From Candidatus Latescibacterota bacterium (GTDB taxonomy: Bacteria > Latescibacterota > UBA2968): DNA of 64,000 nt. Made by a program: the position numbers and the translations under genes. The stretch is taken from the NCBI GenBank assembly GCA_965208125.1, contig OZ242320.1, positions 4,352,001-4,416,000 of the forward strand, given 5' to 3'. Each line of letters starts with the position of its first letter. The first letter of the stretch is position 1. Below the pieces are notes generated by a model, which worked only from the letters and a program-made list of their open reading frames with translations, was not told the DNA's origin and did no database searches. Below are positions 60,351 through 64,000 of this stretch, one piece after another.

Positions 60351-61196
60351 CTATTCACAGCTCATCCCGTGTTCGTCGAGCCAGGTTTTGAGGGGCGCGT
60401 CTTCGGGCGTGGGGGAGGTGTAGCCGCGACCGCCGGAGTAGCTGACGCCGAGGAGTTGTTTTTGGATGGGCGTGCAGTGGTCAAGGTAGTGTTCGACGCG
60501 CATGTCGTCGCGGGGGCGAAGCCAGCGATAGGAGTAGCCGTAGAAGAGTACGCGGCGAGGTTCCTTCCAGTAGTTGGTACTGGCCGAGTGCCATAAGCGG
60601 CGGTCAAAAAATACGGCTGAGCCGGGTGGTACGAGCACCGGGATAGCGTCTTTGTGCGGCGCGTTGCGATTTTCTCCGGGAAATGTGTTTTGAGTTTGGC
60701 TTTTGGGAAGGACGTAGAAATTGCCGCGGCCGGGTTGGGTTGTGTCGGTGAGAAAAAAGCCGATTTTGAGGGAGATCATGGGACGCGGGTTCATATCAAA
60801 GTCTTGATTGATGCGCCCGCTGTCTTGATGGAAGCCGAGGCCAGGTCCGTCTTTTTCGAGTGTTTTTTTCGGTTCTGCTGGGGGTGTCACGGTCATATGG
60901 GTGTGGTAGAGCTGGATGTGCCAGCCCAGGATGCCCCACACTTTGGGAAATGTTTTGTACCAGTCGAGCAGGGGCAAGAAGCGGTCGTCCTTGCCTATGA
61001 AGTCGTAGTGGTTGATGCGCGCTGTGGCACTTTTGCCCATCCGAGTGCGTTCTTCTTTATCTACGCGATCTACTGCGACGACGAGATCGCTGACCATGTC
61101 GGATGGCAGGGCGTCTGGAACGATGAAGTAGCCATCCCGTTTGAATTTGCGCGCTTCTTCTTCTGTCAGACAATAATCGAGACATTTGGGGTGCAT
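60351..61196 (-). CDS. Phytanoyl-CoA dioxygenase family protein
   Basis: FKRDGY, HQD, FDRRLWH. Confidence 0.9.
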   Translation of the reverse strand: MHPKCLDYCLTEEEARKFKRDGYFIVPDALPSDMVSDLVVAVDRVDKEERTRMGKSATARINHYDFIGKDDRFLPLLDWYKTFPKVWGILGWHIQLYHTHMTVTPPAEPKKTLEKDGPGLGFHQDSGRINQDFDMNPRPMISLKIGFFLTDTTQPGRGNFYVLPKSQTQNTFPGENRNAPHKDAIPVLVPPGSAVFFDRRLWHSASTNYWKEPRRVLFYGYSYRWLRPRDDMRVEHYLDHCTPIQKQLLGVSYSGGRGYTSPTPEDAPLKTWLDEHGMSCE

Positions 61197-61212
61197 TGTT
61201 TGGCTCCTTATC

Positions 61213-61674
61213 TCACGTTTTTGTTTTGCAGCGTCGCGTCAGTACATACCGATCTTCTGCGGCGCGATAATAACCTTTCACAAAGTTTCTCTCGCTAAAT
61301 CCCCATTTTTCGTACAGGGAACTAGCACTTTCATTTTCGGGATCTACGGTCAAAAAACAATCCACACCGATTTGATCGCATGCAGCCAAAACTGCGTCGA
61401 ACAGAGCAGAACCAATGCCTTTGCCGCGAAAGGGATGATCCACAAATACTTTGTGTAAACAATACAGCCTGTCTGTCATTGTGGGAAATGCCAGCACAGC
61501 ACCGATCAGTTTTTCGCGTTCCCATGCACAAAATACCAGCGCGTGCTCTGTCCACAATCGCCAGACGTGTTCTCCATCGGGAATGTACTCAGAATTCCGG
61601 TTTTGTGCCCATGCTTCGCGGTCCAATTTTGCGATTTCCAAAAAGTCGCGCGTCTCGGCACGCTGAATATGCAT
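61213..61674 (-). CDS. GNAT family N-acetyltransferase
   Basis: VDHPFRGKGIG, LYEKWGF. Confidence 0.9.
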   Translation of the reverse strand: MHIQRAETRDFLEIAKLDREAWAQNRNSEYIPDGEHVWRLWTEHALVFCAWEREKLIGAVLAFPTMTDRLYCLHKVFVDHPFRGKGIGSALFDAVLAACDQIGVDCFLTVDPENESASSLYEKWGFSERNFVKGYYRAAEDRYVLTRRCKTKT

Positions 61675-61905
61675 CTCAAATACTCCTGCGAATAGCGGTT
61701 TGTACCTGTGTAGATATGTAGAAATGTTTGATGTGCGTCAAGTCATTTTCTATGTCTTATGGGAGATACTTCAAAGGCATTGACATTCTGATTGCAAGTC
61801 CTATCTTCAGATGCGGTCGGCAACTACAAGTTCATCCACTTTCAGCTTTTGGCCCTTTGTTTTGCCGACCGATAGCGGCTGAGAGCTACCAATTGGGAGA
61901 TAAAA

Positions 61906-62667
61906 ATGAAGTTGGGTATTGTCACGTATCAAATCGCCGCGGACTGGGATGTTGCCACTATTATCGAAACCTGTGCGAAGCTCGGTTATGGCGGTGCCGA
62001 GTTGCGTACCACGCATGCTCACGGCGTTGAAACAGACCTTTCGGCGGGACAACGGCAGGATATCCGCAAACAATTTGAAGATGGTGGGGTCGAAATCGCG
62101 GGTTTGGGCTCGGCATTTGAATATCATTCGGATGATCCCGGCGTTGTGCGCGAAAATATTGATGGCACGATTGAATATGCCAAACTCGCCGCGGACCTGG
62201 GTTGCCCGGGCGTTAAGGTGCGGCCCAATGGCCTGCAAACCGGCAAAGGTATTCCGGTGGAGCAAACACTCGAACAAATTGGCAAATCTGTGCGTGAATG
62301 CGCGATTGCCGCTGCTGATCTGGGGGTGCAAATTCGTGTGGAAGTACACGGGCAAGAAACACAAAAGCCAGCACATATGCGCACTATTATGGATTGGGCA
62401 GATCACGACAATGCAAAGATATGCTGGAATTCGAATTTGGGTGAAGTGGAAGACGGTTCTATCAAAGCTAATTTTGATCTGCTCAAACACAAGATCGGTC
62501 TGGTACACATCACCGAATTGTGCAATCCGGCCTATCCATGGCGCGAACTCTTCTCTCTTCTTAAAGCCGAAGGCTATGCGGGATATACGCTGGCTGAAAT
62601 CCCCGGTAGCTCAGATGCCGAGCGTCTGCTCCAATATTACAAGGCATTGTGGGAAGCGTATCAGTAG
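61906..62667 (+). CDS. Sugar phosphate isomerase/epimerase (xylose isomerase-like TIM barrel)
   Basis: ELRTTHAHGVE, VEVHG. Confidence 0.85.
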   Translation: MKLGIVTYQIAADWDVATIIETCAKLGYGGAELRTTHAHGVETDLSAGQRQDIRKQFEDGGVEIAGLGSAFEYHSDDPGVVRENIDGTIEYAKLAADLGCPGVKVRPNGLQTGKGIPVEQTLEQIGKSVRECAIAAADLGVQIRVEVHGQETQKPAHMRTIMDWADHDNAKICWNSNLGEVEDGSIKANFDLLKHKIGLVHITELCNPAYPWRELFSLLKAEGYAGYTLAEIPGSSDAERLLQYYKALWEAYQ

Positions 62668-62683
62668 GTAGGCTCCGTTCCCT

Positions 62684-63370
62684 TTGATGAGTGTACAAAA
62701 AGAAATTTACGCCCTCAAACGCGAACTCGCCGCACGTTATCAACTCGGCGAAGAACACCACAATATTTGTGGGCGCAAAATAGGTGTGACTTGTGTTGAA
62801 GATGCCGAAGCACTCTTTGACAAAATGCAAATGGCCGATCCCGATAGCATTGAGATTCAGGATGAACGCCTGCCATATTGGGCAACGCTTTGGGATTCTG
62901 CGCTTGTTTTGTCCGATGTTCTGCTCGCGGATAATCTGATTGCGCCGGGCGAATCTGTGCTTGAACTCGGCTGTGGGTTGGGCCTTGTCTCATCTATTGC
63001 CTGTCTCAAACACGCGCGTGTCACGGCTACGGATTACCAGCCCGACGCACTCAAATTCGCGCAACTCAATGGGTTGCAAATTGCGGGTGTCGCTCCCAGG
63101 ACAATGCTCATCGACTGGCGCGCCCCGCCGCAAGGTCAACACTATGCCACCTTGTTGGGCGCAGATCTCGTGTACGAACTGCGTTTTTTCGATCCTCTCA
63201 TCGCCACATTTGACGCCCTTCTCGCACCGGGAGGGCGCGTTTTATTTTCTGAACCCAATCGCATTTTAGGCAGACCTTTTTTTGACCGTCTGCGCAATGC
63301 GGGCTGGGCGTTTTCCACTATAACTGAGCGGGAAGGTGCGACAGTGTATGAGATCGTGAGAGGTGATTAA
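62684..63370 (+). CDS. Methyltransferase_16-like SAM-dependent methyltransferase
   Basis: PYWATLWDS, VLELGCGLG, ADLVY. Confidence 0.85.
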   Translation: MMSVQKEIYALKRELAARYQLGEEHHNICGRKIGVTCVEDAEALFDKMQMADPDSIEIQDERLPYWATLWDSALVLSDVLLADNLIAPGESVLELGCGLGLVSSIACLKHARVTATDYQPDALKFAQLNGLQIAGVAPRTMLIDWRAPPQGQHYATLLGADLVYELRFFDPLIATFDALLAPGGRVLFSEPNRILGRPFFDRLRNAGWAFSTITEREGATVYEIVRGD

Positions 63371-64000
63371 AATATATCCAAATCCGCTGCTTCGATTTCT
63401 TTTCGCAATACTTTCTCTTCTTCCTCATCGAGCGGACGTGTTGGCTTGATGGGGGCACCGCACTCAATTCCCTGCCAGCGCAATACGGCGCGCACGCTAC
63501 CGTGTCCACCGTATTTTTGACAAATCCGAATCAGTTCATTTACGTCTGCTTGCAATGTGCGTGCTGTATCTAAATCGCGCTTGTTCACCGCCTCGTAAAT
63601 GCCCACAAAATGCGCGGGCATCACGTTGTAAAATGTGCCAATACCCCCCTGAGCACCTGCTGCAATGCCCGATAGGGCCACTTCGTCATGTCCGTTAAAA
63701 ATATGCGGTTTATGCGGCCCATTGAGTACGCGTTCCATTAAGAACAAGTTGAAATTTGTGAATTTAATGCCCACCACGCCCTCGAGTGCGAGCATCTGGT
63801 TGATTTGTTCAAACGAATATTCCTGATGCGTGACCACGGGGATGTAATACACAAAGACCGGCAAGTTTGCCGCCGAACTCAACGCGCTGTAATACGCCAA
63901 TATGTCGTCAAAACGATATCCCTGGACATAAGGAGGCAAACTCGAAATGCCATCGGCTCCTGCAGCTGCGGCGTGTTTGGCGAGTTCAACAGCATCTCGC
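63367..64000 (-). CDS. DHDPS/N-acetylneuraminate lyase family protein (5' end outside window)
   Basis: GADGISSLPP upstream, YYIP, GIKFT, GIGTFYN. Confidence 0.88.
   Translation of the reverse strand, partial: RDAVELAKHAAAAGADGISSLPPYVQGYRFDDILAYYSALSSAANLPVFVYYIPVVTHQEYSFEQINQMLALEGVVGIKFTNFNLFLMERVLNGPHKPHIFNGHDEVALSGIAAGAQGGIGTFYNVMPAHFVGIYEAVNKRDLDTARTLQADVNELIRICQKYGGHGSVRAVLRWQGIECGAPIKPTRPLDEEEEKVLRKEIEAADLDIF

Noticed and set aside
60654-61298. Long antisense or overlapping ORFs (also 49262-50008, 33177-33914, 61919-62671, 31102-31746)
   Set aside because: Shadow frames of well-supported genes, with no recognisable motifs

Overview
Bacterial chromosomal window with two parts. (1) Positions 1-16.8 kb hold an atypical integron-like platform. 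About 15 small, unrelated genes lie on the minus strand, separated by attC-like palindromes (TAAC...GTTA), directly downstream of a co-oriented tyrosine recombinase (16012-16842). The recombinase resembles IntI but lacks the IntI-specific insertion and has a shortened N-terminus. An attI-like site overlaps its 3' end, and an 87%-identical second copy sits mid-array (4611-4687). All eight recognisable cassette starts read GTT-N6-(A/C)AT. The youngest cassettes carry long cassette-specific terminal inverted repeats, and an IS5-family element has inserted into one attC core. (2) Positions 17-64 kb are mostly core genome (ispH, rplM-rpsI-rpsB-tsf-frr without pyrH, aroC, mutY, rdgB, rph, smpB, mnmG, bioB, efp, accBC, gcvH, trpS, scpAB, rluB, cmk, plsC, rpsA, mtaB, mutS). 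This part also has a frameshifted YWTD-repeat gene with a divergent XRE regulator, a structured ~250-nt candidate RNA upstream of rplM, a frameshifted PIN toxin and a DnaC-like gene that probably starts at a non-AUG codon. The host may be an FCB-adjacent lineage such as Latescibacterota or Gemmatimonadota; this is a low-confidence inference. All calls come from manual reading and no database searches were run.
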